This document shows positions 1 through 8,591 of a stretch of DNA of 64,000 nt, one piece after another (within the stretch, counting starts at the first letter, position 1; each line of letters begins with the position of its first letter). The position numbers and the translations under genes are program-made. The notes beneath the pieces were generated by a model. It had not been told where the DNA came from and made no database searches. It worked only from the letters and a program-made list of their open reading frames with translations. Source of the stretch: Bacteriovoracaceae bacterium (lineage in GTDB: Bacteria > Bdellovibrionota > Bacteriovoracia > Bacteriovoracales > Bacteriovoracaceae); assembly GCA_018649885.1 (NCBI GenBank), contig JABIHA010000011.1, forward strand, positions 1 to 64,000. The letters are read 5' to 3'.

Positions 1-87
1 ACATAACTGAGTAATTTTCTCACCATCTAATGCTCTCATAACGAAGTTCATTCTTTCATTCATAACCGAAGATTCCTTCCAAGGCAT
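1..87 (-). CDS. IS481-family transposase, N-terminal 29 codons (runs off window edge)
   Basis: Minus strand from ATG at 87 reads MPWKESSVMNERMNFVMRALDGEKITQLC, matching the MPWKE-x-SVM-x-ER N-terminus typical of IS481-group transposases; G-rich RBS (AGGGGG) upstream; not in ORF track. Confidence 0.8.
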   Translation of the reverse strand, partial: MPWKESSVMNERMNFVMRALDGEKITQLC

Positions 88-170
88 GCAACCCCCTTTG
101 TTTGCAGTACCTTAAAAAGTGTAAACCATGTATCGAGAATAAAATGTAAAGTATGTGTCGAGAATGGACC
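1..170 (-). mobile_element. Left end of IS481-like insertion sequence
   Basis: Two tandem 21-bp imperfect repeats TGTAAACCATGTATCGAGAAT (120-140) and TGTAAAGTATGTGTCGAGAAT (145-165), then GGACC, upstream of the transposase start; resembles transposase-binding subterminal repeats. Confidence 0.65.
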
Positions 171-182
171 GCGCGGTTTGGT

Positions 183-232
183 CGGCGAGGGCGAGGGCGA
201 AGGCGAGGTATAATGGTAAGGGCAACGATAAG
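183..232. repeat. Degenerate GC-rich hexamer array (GGCGAG/GGCGAA/GGGCAA)
   Basis: GGCGAG GGCGAG GGCGAA GGCGAG followed by degenerate units, in an otherwise AT-rich context. Confidence 0.55.
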
Positions 233-257
233 GTTGGGGGTATGGGATCTTCAGCTG

Positions 258-2306
258 TTACTTTTCAAAAAGCTGAACAAGATGAGGGTCTTTTTTCTGA
301 TTTGATTCGAAGAGCTTGTAGAAAAAGATATTTCGGTAAATATACTTCACGTAATTATTGGTCTCATTAAAGGGAATATCTTCTATATTAACTAAGATAT
401 TTGAATTAGCTGACATTATATTTTTTTCCCATCTCTTAACTCTATTCTCGCCAGCGTTGTAGGCAGCTAGAATATAAACCCAATTATTTTCGAATTGCTT
501 TGAGAGTTTTTTGAGATACTTAATACCAATTTTGATATTGGTTGAAGGGTTATAGAGCTCACTCTTTCTGACGTTCTTGTTATAAATAGTTGCAGTAGAA
601 GGCATTAATTGCATAAGCCCTCTAGCTCCTACTGGAGATTTGGCCTTAGGGTCAAAGGCTGACTCTTGTCTAATCAGTGACAAGATATATAGGGGATCAA
701 TGCCTGAGTTTTGGAGAGATTGCTTTACTTTCTGCAGGTAGCTTATGGGAAATAGATTCTTACTCACTTGATCACTAACTTTTAGATCTCCAGATCTCAT
801 GGCCGAAAAGAGCAGCTTAAAGTTGAGTAAGTGCTCATCATTATTTCGGAGTATATTAGAAATATCTAATAATTTTTGAGAGTGGAGCAATTGGTGGAGG
901 TTTTTGTCTGGATGTGATGCATTTTTCAAGATCAAAGAGTTTGAGAACTTTTTTGTATTTTCAATTTCTTTGGTGAGAAAATATTCATTTTTGGTTAGAG
1001 ACCAAAGCCTGATCAATTTTAATCTATTTCTATATTGTGAAGAAAAATTGGAATCTTTTGTTTTTATGAAGGCAGAGTTGTCAGTTAGCACTGAATGAAT
1101 TCTGGCTTTACCTTTGCCGCTGAATTCACTTTTTAGCCTCATAGTTGAAACGATTGAGTAATAAGACAGAGGTGACTCTTCTATTAAGTGATTGTAGTAT
1201 TTTAACGCAAGCTTTCTTTGACTGATAGACTCCATGGTGAAGGCCATCCAAAATTGAAGCTTGGGATTAAGTTTCTTAAACTTATTGTGAAGTCGATACC
1301 TATTAATAATCAAATTTGCATTTTTAAATTTATCTTGTCTTAAATAGATCCACATAACTCGGAAAATGAACTCTTCTCTTGATGAAGAAGGGGCAATTTT
1401 GATTCCATACTCAAAGAGATTCTGAGATGCCTTATATCTTGCCCTGGAGCTCAACATTTTTCCCATTGTAAAAATGTTCTTAGAGGCTTTTGAGGTTAAA
1501 TATTTCTTAGGTGCCTTTGAAACAACATCAATATAGTCTTTTACAAGAGTATGAAGGTCATTTGTATTGTCATCACTATTTCTAATAGATTCTTTCAAGT
1601 TCTTATACATATTGTCATATGTGACATATTCTTTCATGTCTTCTTTCTTCACTTCTTTTTTGACTTTGATGGAACTTACACCAATTGATCTTAGAATTTT
1701 TTTATCAACATCCCTAGTCGATTTTAAAACCTTAAGTTTTATAAAAGGTTTCAACGTTTTTCGTAGGTGGGAATTCGACTTTATTTTTCGAACAAAAGCA
1801 TTTTTGATATTTTCGTTGGAGGAAAAAATAAAGTGATTAATTTGCGAGACTAAAAAATCGCTCAGGTATTCATTGTGTGACTTAGCAGCGCTGAGGGTTA
1901 ATAGTTTTAAGCGACATAACTCCTTTCCTTTTTCCTGAAAATGAGTGACTCGTTTTGAGGAGTTGCTATGTATTATTATAGGTTCACAAATTTTTTTAAA
2001 ACTATTAATTGATTCTATTTGTTTAATTTTTTTTAGTTGGGCAAGCCCTCTGCGGTATTCAGAGAAAAGTGAGCTATTCTTTGTCTTGAGAAGCCAGTGA
2101 TTAATTTCATTTAAAGAAGCTGTGCCGTTATTTAGTTTATCCAGAATTGTAATTAAATTTTTAGATAGGTAAATTTCGGATTTTGTAAGTGCTGTATTAG
2201 GTGAGGTGTGCTCACTGCTCATTTCTTGTTTTTTTACACCTGCTGCAAGAGTTGGCAGCATATAAACTAACAATATTGCTAATGCTGAAAAGCTTCTTAA
2301 ACCCAA
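258..2306 (-). CDS. Secreted soluble lytic transglycosylase (Slt-like; helical/TPR-like region plus C-terminal SLT domain)
   Basis: Signal peptide; SLT motifs LIRQESAF, GARGLMQLMP, AAYNAG, ETNNYV. Confidence 0.9.
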   Translation of the reverse strand: MGLRSFSALAILLVYMLPTLAAGVKKQEMSSEHTSPNTALTKSEIYLSKNLITILDKLNNGTASLNEINHWLLKTKNSSLFSEYRRGLAQLKKIKQIESINSFKKICEPIIIHSNSSKRVTHFQEKGKELCRLKLLTLSAAKSHNEYLSDFLVSQINHFIFSSNENIKNAFVRKIKSNSHLRKTLKPFIKLKVLKSTRDVDKKILRSIGVSSIKVKKEVKKEDMKEYVTYDNMYKNLKESIRNSDDNTNDLHTLVKDYIDVVSKAPKKYLTSKASKNIFTMGKMLSSRARYKASQNLFEYGIKIAPSSSREEFIFRVMWIYLRQDKFKNANLIINRYRLHNKFKKLNPKLQFWMAFTMESISQRKLALKYYNHLIEESPLSYYSIVSTMRLKSEFSGKGKARIHSVLTDNSAFIKTKDSNFSSQYRNRLKLIRLWSLTKNEYFLTKEIENTKKFSNSLILKNASHPDKNLHQLLHSQKLLDISNILRNNDEHLLNFKLLFSAMRSGDLKVSDQVSKNLFPISYLQKVKQSLQNSGIDPLYILSLIRQESAFDPKAKSPVGARGLMQLMPSTATIYNKNVRKSELYNPSTNIKIGIKYLKKLSKQFENNWVYILAAYNAGENRVKRWEKNIMSANSNILVNIEDIPFNETNNYVKYIYRNIFFYKLFESNQKKDPHLVQLFEK

Positions 2307-2339
2307 ATTGCCTCCTGCAAATAGAGCTCACTATTTTGA

Positions 2340-2876
2340 TTACTTTGCTTTAAATCTTTCCTGGATTTCAGTTAGCTTGGTATTTATTTCACCAAGTACT
2401 GATTTTTTGTCCTCGGGGACTACGAGTGAAAGATTATTTATATAAGAAGAGACTTCAGACAAATAAGCGAAGTCATCGTTATGTTCTTGTGTCATTTTTT
2501 CTACGGCATTATTGTAAGCTTCTGCCACTTCCATAAACTGATCACCTTTACGGAAAAAGATCTTCTGGGGTGGTCCACCTGCCGCAATGTCTTTCAATGA
2601 TTTAGTTAGTTTAAACATAGGTCCAGCTATCTTATGGCTCTGAACAATAGAGACCAGAAACACTAGTAGTATAAACACTAATTGCATTGAACCCAAGGCG
2701 GCAAAAACCTTGAACTCTATTGTAGCAAGCTTGTCAGCGGGAATGATGTGCTCCAAAAGTCCGTAAATTACAGCTGGATACATCAAGCTTGATATAAAAA
2801 CCAATGAGCACAAAAATAGGCTAAACCTAATTTGGAACCTGGGGTTAATTAAAATTATTTTCCTATGTGAAGCCAC
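2340..2876 (-). CDS. Two-TM membrane protein with HAMP-like linker
   Basis: RKIILINPRFQ N-terminus, two hydrophobic helices, SHKIAGP and FRKGD motifs. Confidence 0.7.
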   Translation of the reverse strand: MASHRKIILINPRFQIRFSLFLCSLVFISSLMYPAVIYGLLEHIIPADKLATIEFKVFAALGSMQLVFILLVFLVSIVQSHKIAGPMFKLTKSLKDIAAGGPPQKIFFRKGDQFMEVAEAYNNAVEKMTQEHNDDFAYLSEVSSYINNLSLVVPEDKKSVLGEINTKLTEIQERFKAK

Positions 2877-3114
2877 AAAAGTTACTCCTGAAAAAATCAG
2901 TCTGTTTAATTATAATAAGTTGAAAAAGAATTTGAATCTAGCCGTATTTTGTTCCATTTGCCTTTTTTTGCTGGAAAGCTAAGAAATGTGGACCAACTAA
3001 TTTACTCTGAGACTTAACTGACAGAAATAGTACATTTTGCTGTGCAGGCTCCATTGCCCCCATAGGGGCAATGAGATATGGTATTAGCCTTGATTTTTGT
3101 TTTGGAGGAATTAT

Positions 3115-4263
3115 ATGGATGCACAAGCCACAGAGCTTCTGGGAAAGGTTATTAACCCTTGCACAGGTGCCTCAATCGCAGATGAAGATAGAATTGAAAG
3201 TGTAACATTCAAGGGTGATGAGTTGGTTGTAAAGTATAAAAGGGATGGAATACCTAATAAAGAAAAGCAGGAAATGGAAGGAGCAATGCTTGAGTGCCTA
3301 AGTCAAGTTTGCTCGGTAGATGATATTTATATTCTTTCTTCCTCTACTGAAAAAAAATTAACTGGTGAGCAAACGGAACAAAAAGAGCAGTCTGAGCCAA
3401 AAGCTGCCCCTCATTCTCATGCAGGTTCACTTCCGGCCAAGAAAAAACTTGAGCAAGTTGATCACATAATCGCTGTTGCCTCAGGCAAGGGTGGAGTTGG
3501 AAAATCAACTTTTACTACAAATTTAGCTGTGACCTTAAAAAATGCAGGATATAAAGTTGGCGTTTTGGATGCAGATGTTTATGGACCATCCATTCCAATG
3601 CTCTTTGGTAAGCGAACTGAAAAACCAAAAGTAAACGATGAACAAAAAATTCTCCCTCTTGAGTCAAATGGAGTTCAATTTATTAGCTTTGGTCTATTCG
3701 TAGAAGAGCACGATCCAGTTATTTGGCGAGGACCTATGCTAGGCGGAGTGTTAAAGCAGTTTTTATTTGATGTTTCTTGGGGAAAACTCGATTTTTTAAT
3801 TATTGATCTCCCTCCTGGAACAGGGGATATGCAACTCTCTCTTGCTCAAACATTAGAGCTAGATGGAGCCGTTGTGATTTCGACTCCTCAAGATGTGGCC
3901 TTGCTTGATGCAACCAAGGGCCTCAATATGTTTAAGAAAATTAATGTTAATATATTGGGAATGGTTGAAAATATGAGCACCTTCGTTTGTTCTTCATGTG
4001 GAAATGAGCATGATATATTTGGAAGTGGTGGTGTAGAGAAAGCATGTGAGAAGCTTGAAACAAATTATCTCGGCAGCATTCCACTTGAGCTGGAATTGAG
4101 ATTATCTGCCGATGAAGGTAAACCATACATGGCAAATGAGAAGTTCCAAGATAGGAGCGTTTACAAGTCTTATGTGCAAGTTGCTAACAAGCTTGTTAAA
4201 GAGGTGGGCGCCAAAGAAAAAAAGGGAACTATTTCAAAGATTTTTAACAAACTTATGAATTAG
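3115..4263 (+). CDS. mrp: Mrp/ApbC/NBP35 Fe-S cluster carrier ATPase
   Basis: SGKGGVGKST Walker A, DADVYGPS, WRGPM, DLPPGTGD, ENMS-x3-CxxC; GGAGG RBS before ATG 3115. Confidence 0.93.
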   Translation: MDAQATELLGKVINPCTGASIADEDRIESVTFKGDELVVKYKRDGIPNKEKQEMEGAMLECLSQVCSVDDIYILSSSTEKKLTGEQTEQKEQSEPKAAPHSHAGSLPAKKKLEQVDHIIAVASGKGGVGKSTFTTNLAVTLKNAGYKVGVLDADVYGPSIPMLFGKRTEKPKVNDEQKILPLESNGVQFISFGLFVEEHDPVIWRGPMLGGVLKQFLFDVSWGKLDFLIIDLPPGTGDMQLSLAQTLELDGAVVISTPQDVALLDATKGLNMFKKINVNILGMVENMSTFVCSSCGNEHDIFGSGGVEKACEKLETNYLGSIPLELELRLSADEGKPYMANEKFQDRSVYKSYVQVANKLVKEVGAKEKKGTISKIFNKLMN

Positions 4264-4278
4264 ACTGCAGAGGTTTTT

Positions 4279-4830
4279 ATAAACTCTTTATTTGATACTC
4301 TAGAAGAGCAATGTTCTTTTCATTTTACAGGAAAGATCAATGTGGTAAATCCTGACTCGAAGCAGATTTTAGGGATGGTCCTCATTGAGGATGGAAATAT
4401 TCTATCATGCAAGTTTAATGGGACTATTGGTGAGAAATCACTACTCAATATATATATTGATGAGTGCGAAGGAAGGAAAATAGGGTTTATCATAGAGCCT
4501 GAGATTATTGGAGATACACCACAAAATATCAGAAAATCACTAAGTAAGCTGAAAGAAAAAGTGGCTTCTGATTTTAAAAAGTATACGAATACAAAAAGTC
4601 TAAGGCCTAGTGATGGCATCATCTTACAGATTGATGATGGCTTTTTGATTGACGGAAGTGATGTTAGTGCAGAAGAATATGAAATTCTTTTTACACTCTC
4701 AGACTATTCTAATGTCGGTGAGCTATATAATAAGTGTCCACTGCTTGATTATCAAATTACTGAAGCACTTGTTAGCCTTAGAAAAAAAAGCGCAATTAAA
4801 GTTATTTCAAATATAGGAAGTGAACAATGA
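4279..4830 (+). CDS. Hypothetical protein (possibly DUF4388/PATAN-like); start uncertain (ATA 4279 or GTG 4342)
   Basis: Open frame continues upstream of 4342 (NSLFDTLEEQCSFHFTGKINV) with GAGGT at 4270; overlaps next gene by ATGA. Confidence 0.6.
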   Translation: MNSLFDTLEEQCSFHFTGKINVVNPDSKQILGMVLIEDGNILSCKFNGTIGEKSLLNIYIDECEGRKIGFIIEPEIIGDTPQNIRKSLSKLKEKVASDFKKYTNTKSLRPSDGIILQIDDGFLIDGSDVSAEEYEILFTLSDYSNVGELYNKCPLLDYQITEALVSLRKKSAIKVISNIGSEQ

Positions 4831-5018
4831 GATCTCAAAAACACAATCAAGGCGAATTGAAAGAATTAAAGGTAAAGATTGAATCTGAAATTGTTGATTG
4901 TATTCACCTGATGGCAGATAAATCTGAAATGAGTATTGATGAGATAGTCGTTATTGCATTAAAACGATATCGTTCAAGACATTCGGACTTGCTAAGCGAA
5001 CACCCAGTAACCGACTAG
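4827..5018 (+). CDS. Small ribbon-helix-helix-like DNA-binding protein
   Basis: 63 aa, strand-helix-helix pattern (LKVKIESEIVDCIHLMADKSEMSIDEIVVIALKRY); translational coupling to upstream gene. Confidence 0.6.
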   Translation: MRSQKHNQGELKELKVKIESEIVDCIHLMADKSEMSIDEIVVIALKRYRSRHSDLLSEHPVTD

Positions 5019-5123
5019 TATACTGATCTCAGTTTGAATTTCAAGTGGCGTATTCCTCGTCGGAGTGTGCTACACGCCTTCCTCGTCATCCACTCACTTG
5101 AAATCCAAACTGGGATCAGTTTG
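5019..5123. mobile_element. ~105-bp MITE-like hairpin repeat, copy 1
   Basis: 26-bp arms ACTGATCTCAGTTTGAATTTCAAGTG / CACTTGAAATCCAAACTGGGATCAGT (2 mismatches); starts TATACTGA; core shared with 32265-32369. Confidence 0.75.
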
Positions 5124-5125
5124 AA

Positions 5126-6031
5126 TTATTTTAAATTTCTTCTGCCATGAACAAATTTTTCTTTCAAGGTACTGTAATATGTTTTTTCAGGATTCTGAAC
5201 ATAAAGTACCCCGTGTCCGCGACTTTTCCCAATTTGTATAAGGTCATTGTGCTCAAGTGAAAAAAATGATTGGCCATCAAGAGTTAGTGTAATTGTTTCT
5301 TTCTTATCAAGAAGTCGAATTAATATTTTTTTGTCATTGGGAATTACGAGCGGCCTGTGGTTAAGGGAGTGAGGGCAAATAGGGGTTAGCAAAATCGTTT
5401 TGACCTCAGGGTGAACGATGGGTCCTCCTGCCGCTAGTGAATATGCGGTTGACCCGATTGGAGTACTAATAATTAAACCGTCTCCAGATACATTTGCAAT
5501 ATGTTCCTCTTCATTTTCAATACTTAAAGAAAACATTCTTGCGATGTCATTTTTTGAGATGACAGCATCATTAACAAACTGACCATGAAATATTTTTTTG
5601 CCATTTCTGAAAACTTGAACCTTATATAAGTCAATTTTTCCTTGAGGAAGTTTACCTCCAAAAAAATCTGAAAGACCATCGTAGAGGTTATTTTTTCCAA
5701 ATTCTGTTAGAAACCCAAGATTGCCTAAATTGACTCCGAAGATTGGGGACTTCGACTTTTTGTAATTTCTAGCAGCGCCAATTAGAGTTCCATCTCCTCC
5801 CAGCGTAACAACAAGATCAGACTTACTAAAGATGTCGCTTTCTTGTATGTATTCAAATGAATCTAATACCTTGGCGGAGAATATTTTTTCAAGTCGTGGC
5901 AGCTCAAATTCTAGGAATAGAATTTCTTTGCCTCTTCTTTTTAGCCACTGTGATAAATTCGGCAATAAATTTCTATAGGGAGATACAACTTCAGGCTTGA
6001 GAACAATTAGTACTTTTTTCTTCGAACTCAT
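5126..6031 (-). CDS. nadK: NAD(+) kinase
   Basis: GGDGT, GNLGFL, VND, DGLIISTPIGSTAYSLAAGGP motifs. Confidence 0.95.
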   Translation of the reverse strand: MSSKKKVLIVLKPEVVSPYRNLLPNLSQWLKRRGKEILFLEFELPRLEKIFSAKVLDSFEYIQESDIFSKSDLVVTLGGDGTLIGAARNYKKSKSPIFGVNLGNLGFLTEFGKNNLYDGLSDFFGGKLPQGKIDLYKVQVFRNGKKIFHGQFVNDAVISKNDIARMFSLSIENEEEHIANVSGDGLIISTPIGSTAYSLAAGGPIVHPEVKTILLTPICPHSLNHRPLVIPNDKKILIRLLDKKETITLTLDGQSFFSLEHNDLIQIGKSRGHGVLYVQNPEKTYYSTLKEKFVHGRRNLK

Positions 6032-6410
6032 ATTTTTTTTCCACTATTTTATTTGGATATAGCATAGTATCAATTGTTTTCATGAGATCGACAAAGGGTT
6101 TTTCGAAAACACGACATCCATACCCTCTTGCCCTCTCTAGAACTTGTTCTGAGCAATAAGCAGTGATTATTGTAAATTTTTGTGAAATTTCCGCAGGGGA
6201 TAATTTAACTTTAGTGGCCTCAATAATATCAAAACCGGTTGTGTCTCGCAGCATGAGGTCACAAATAATGAGATCAAACTCATTGTTCATTATTAGCTCT
6301 ATGCTCTCTTTTCCCAGTGAGGTGCCAATGCATGAATGGCCTTTGGCCCCAATTATTTTGAGGAGCGATTTTTGAATCAGAATCTCATCTTCAATTATTA
6401 GTACATTCAT
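5991..6410 (-). CDS. Single-domain response regulator (receiver)
   Basis: LIIEDE, DLIICDLML phospho-Asp, ITA, KPF. Confidence 0.88.
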   Translation of the reverse strand: MNVLIIEDEILIQKSLLKIIGAKGHSCIGTSLGKESIELIMNNEFDLIICDLMLRDTTGFDIIEATKVKLSPAEISQKFTIITAYCSEQVLERARGYGCRVFEKPFVDLMKTIDTMLYPNKIVEKKYEFEEKSTNCSQA

Positions 6411-8010
6411 AATTATCTTCCATGTTAATCGGTAGTTTTAGCACAAATGAGCTACCGCCAAGAGTGCCAGCTCCAAGGTGTATCAGGTTACCACTTAGCT
6501 TTTGAGACAAATTTTTACAAATTGCAAGGCCTAGCCCTGTACCACTTTTTTTGCTGGTACAAAATGGCTTAAATAGGTTTTCTAAAATATTTGGATCTAT
6601 TCCAGGCCCTGCATCGTCAACTGTGATTTCAATTATTGAATCATCGAAGTTTTTTTCTACTGTTATTAAAATATCAAAACTCTTCTTGCCCGTGCGGTTA
6701 TTTATGGCCTGAGCACTATTGATTAAGAGGTTGAATAATATTTGGGTAATCCAAGTTGGATTAGTATTAATTAGAATCGGATCGTCATTTAAGCTTTGAT
6801 GGAACAAGACATTTTTTTTAAGAAAACGTATTTCACTTTTTGCTAGTGTAAGGCTCTCGTTAATAATTTTTTTAAGACTTACAACTTCGAGTTGATTTTT
6901 GTCAGTATAAAGTTTTGAAAACATTTCGATAATTTCATTGCATCTTTGTACATTGAAAGAAATATCTTGCAATGATTCTTTCAACTCAATATCACCGGTA
7001 TCGGCTTCTAGCATGTCACAATATAGTTTAAGACCAAATAGTGGGTTGCTGAGTTCATGCTTTAGGGTGTTGAGAAGCTCGCCAAGTAGTGAAATTCGGT
7101 TAAAGTGATGGATATCACTAATGAGGTCCTCGTTATTCTCAGTGGCCGTTGAAAAAATGAGGTCCTTATTGGAGCTTAAGTGGTAAATCCCTTTTATGGG
7201 AACTTCGGCATCTTTATTATTCCAAGATTTATTTGAATAAAAATGCTTATCACCAGACTTTGTTGAAATATTAATGGATGTTGGAAACTGATTAATCACC
7301 TCTTTCAAAAGTTTTTCATTGAAATTGATATGCTGAACTTTAATGATGGGGGTAACTAGAGATTCAAAAACCGTTTTGAGGTATGAAAATGATTCCACAT
7401 CATTTTCTGAAAAAGGTAGAAAGTCATTTCGAGTCAAGAAAGTAATTGTATTGTAGTTTGAAAGCGAATTAGTAAATGCAAATGTATTACCAATAATTGG
7501 GATTTTTTTTGTTTTGAAATCATTTTGAGCGAAAACATTTTTCTTACTTTTTTTAATGGTCTTAGAAACGCGATTAAATAGTGAAGTACTAACTTGAAAC
7601 TCAGTAAACGTTTTATTTTCATAAATACATGCCGAGCAGCTTTTCATACCCTTCTGATGAACAATAAAGATAACAGTTTCAAATGATTTAAATTCCTCAC
7701 TTCCAAGAATCAGTTGCGGAATTGTTAAGAATTTATTTTTAAAGAGGCCTTCAATTTTTAGGCAGTGGAGGATTTTAATCGGAAAATGTTTTTTAGAAGA
7801 TGATATTTTTTGCCATTTTTGGTACCACGCCTTTGCGTTTTCATTTTCAGTTTGCACTTTATTGAAGTAAAAACTGGATTTGTTGGTAAATGCAGAGGTA
7901 TACACCGATAGAAAACAGCGGTGCTTAGCAGTTAATTTTAAAGTGTAGTTTTGCCTTCTAGTTAGTCTAGCTTTGCATTTTTTAACTCGGGAATGGCATT
8001 GATTTTCCAC
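6391..8010 (-). CDS. Cytoplasmic sensor histidine kinase (true start probably downstream, e.g. GTG 7905)
   Basis: H-box LKHELSNPL, N-box QILFNLLINSAQA, DDAGPGI, FKPFCTSK, GTGLGLAI. Confidence 0.88.
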   Translation of the reverse strand: MENQCHSRVKKCKARLTRRQNYTLKLTAKHRCFLSVYTSAFTNKSSFYFNKVQTENENAKAWYQKWQKISSSKKHFPIKILHCLKIEGLFKNKFLTIPQLILGSEEFKSFETVIFIVHQKGMKSCSACIYENKTFTEFQVSTSLFNRVSKTIKKSKKNVFAQNDFKTKKIPIIGNTFAFTNSLSNYNTITFLTRNDFLPFSENDVESFSYLKTVFESLVTPIIKVQHINFNEKLLKEVINQFPTSINISTKSGDKHFYSNKSWNNKDAEVPIKGIYHLSSNKDLIFSTATENNEDLISDIHHFNRISLLGELLNTLKHELSNPLFGLKLYCDMLEADTGDIELKESLQDISFNVQRCNEIIEMFSKLYTDKNQLEVVSLKKIINESLTLAKSEIRFLKKNVLFHQSLNDDPILINTNPTWITQILFNLLINSAQAINNRTGKKSFDILITVEKNFDDSIIEITVDDAGPGIDPNILENLFKPFCTSKKSGTGLGLAICKNLSQKLSGNLIHLGAGTLGGSSFVLKLPINMEDNYECTNN

Positions 8011-8582
8011 TGAGTAAGATTATCTACTAGTTCGTACTCCAGCAAGTCACAAAGCATGATTAGGTCGTTTTTCTCTTTTGCGGGAAGAAGTGCTTTCATG
8101 ATTGCAAGTAGGTGAATTTCTAGCTGATGAAAGGTTTTATTTGAACTTAGTCTTTTATTGTATTTTGTTCTTAAAGTATGATGGACATTAGCCAGTAGTT
8201 GCACAAAAAGGTCAAGAGATTCTACCACCTGTGCAAAGCAGCTATTGGCTTGGTCAATCTCATTTTTATTATAGTGCCCTGTTAGCTTATTAATTCGCAA
8301 AATGATTGTATCTATATAGTCAGGACAAGCTGCTAGAGCATCAAAGGCAAGATCAATTTTATTTTGAAAAGAAATATCAATTTCTCCAAACTCACTTAAT
8401 TTTCTCTCCCAAAAAGGTGATGATTCACCATCTCCAACATTTTGGCCATCAACTAAAACTGATGAGATAACATCTTCGTCAGTGGCGTATCGGTGTAACA
8501 CAGAGTCTAGAACTTGATTTAATGTCGTTTCTGCTTCAAAAATATCTTGAAGTCTTTTTGCATTTAGTGAGATCTGGGCCAT
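7962..8582 (-). CDS. Conserved hypothetical protein of flagellar glycosylation loci
   Basis: 206 aa helical protein with C-terminal DLIMLCDLLEYEL motif, recalled from proteins near maf/fli genes; AGGA RBS. Confidence 0.6.
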   Translation of the reverse strand: MAQISLNAKRLQDIFEAETTLNQVLDSVLHRYATDEDVISSVLVDGQNVGDGESSPFWERKLSEFGEIDISFQNKIDLAFDALAACPDYIDTIILRINKLTGHYNKNEIDQANSCFAQVVESLDLFVQLLANVHHTLRTKYNKRLSSNKTFHQLEIHLLAIMKALLPAKEKNDLIMLCDLLEYELVDNLTQWKINAIPELKNAKLD

Positions 8583-8591
8583 GTTGTTTTC

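Noticed and set aside
155..370. 71-aa plus-strand ORF
   Set aside because: Spans the IS end and hexamer repeats and runs antisense into the slt gene; likely spurious.
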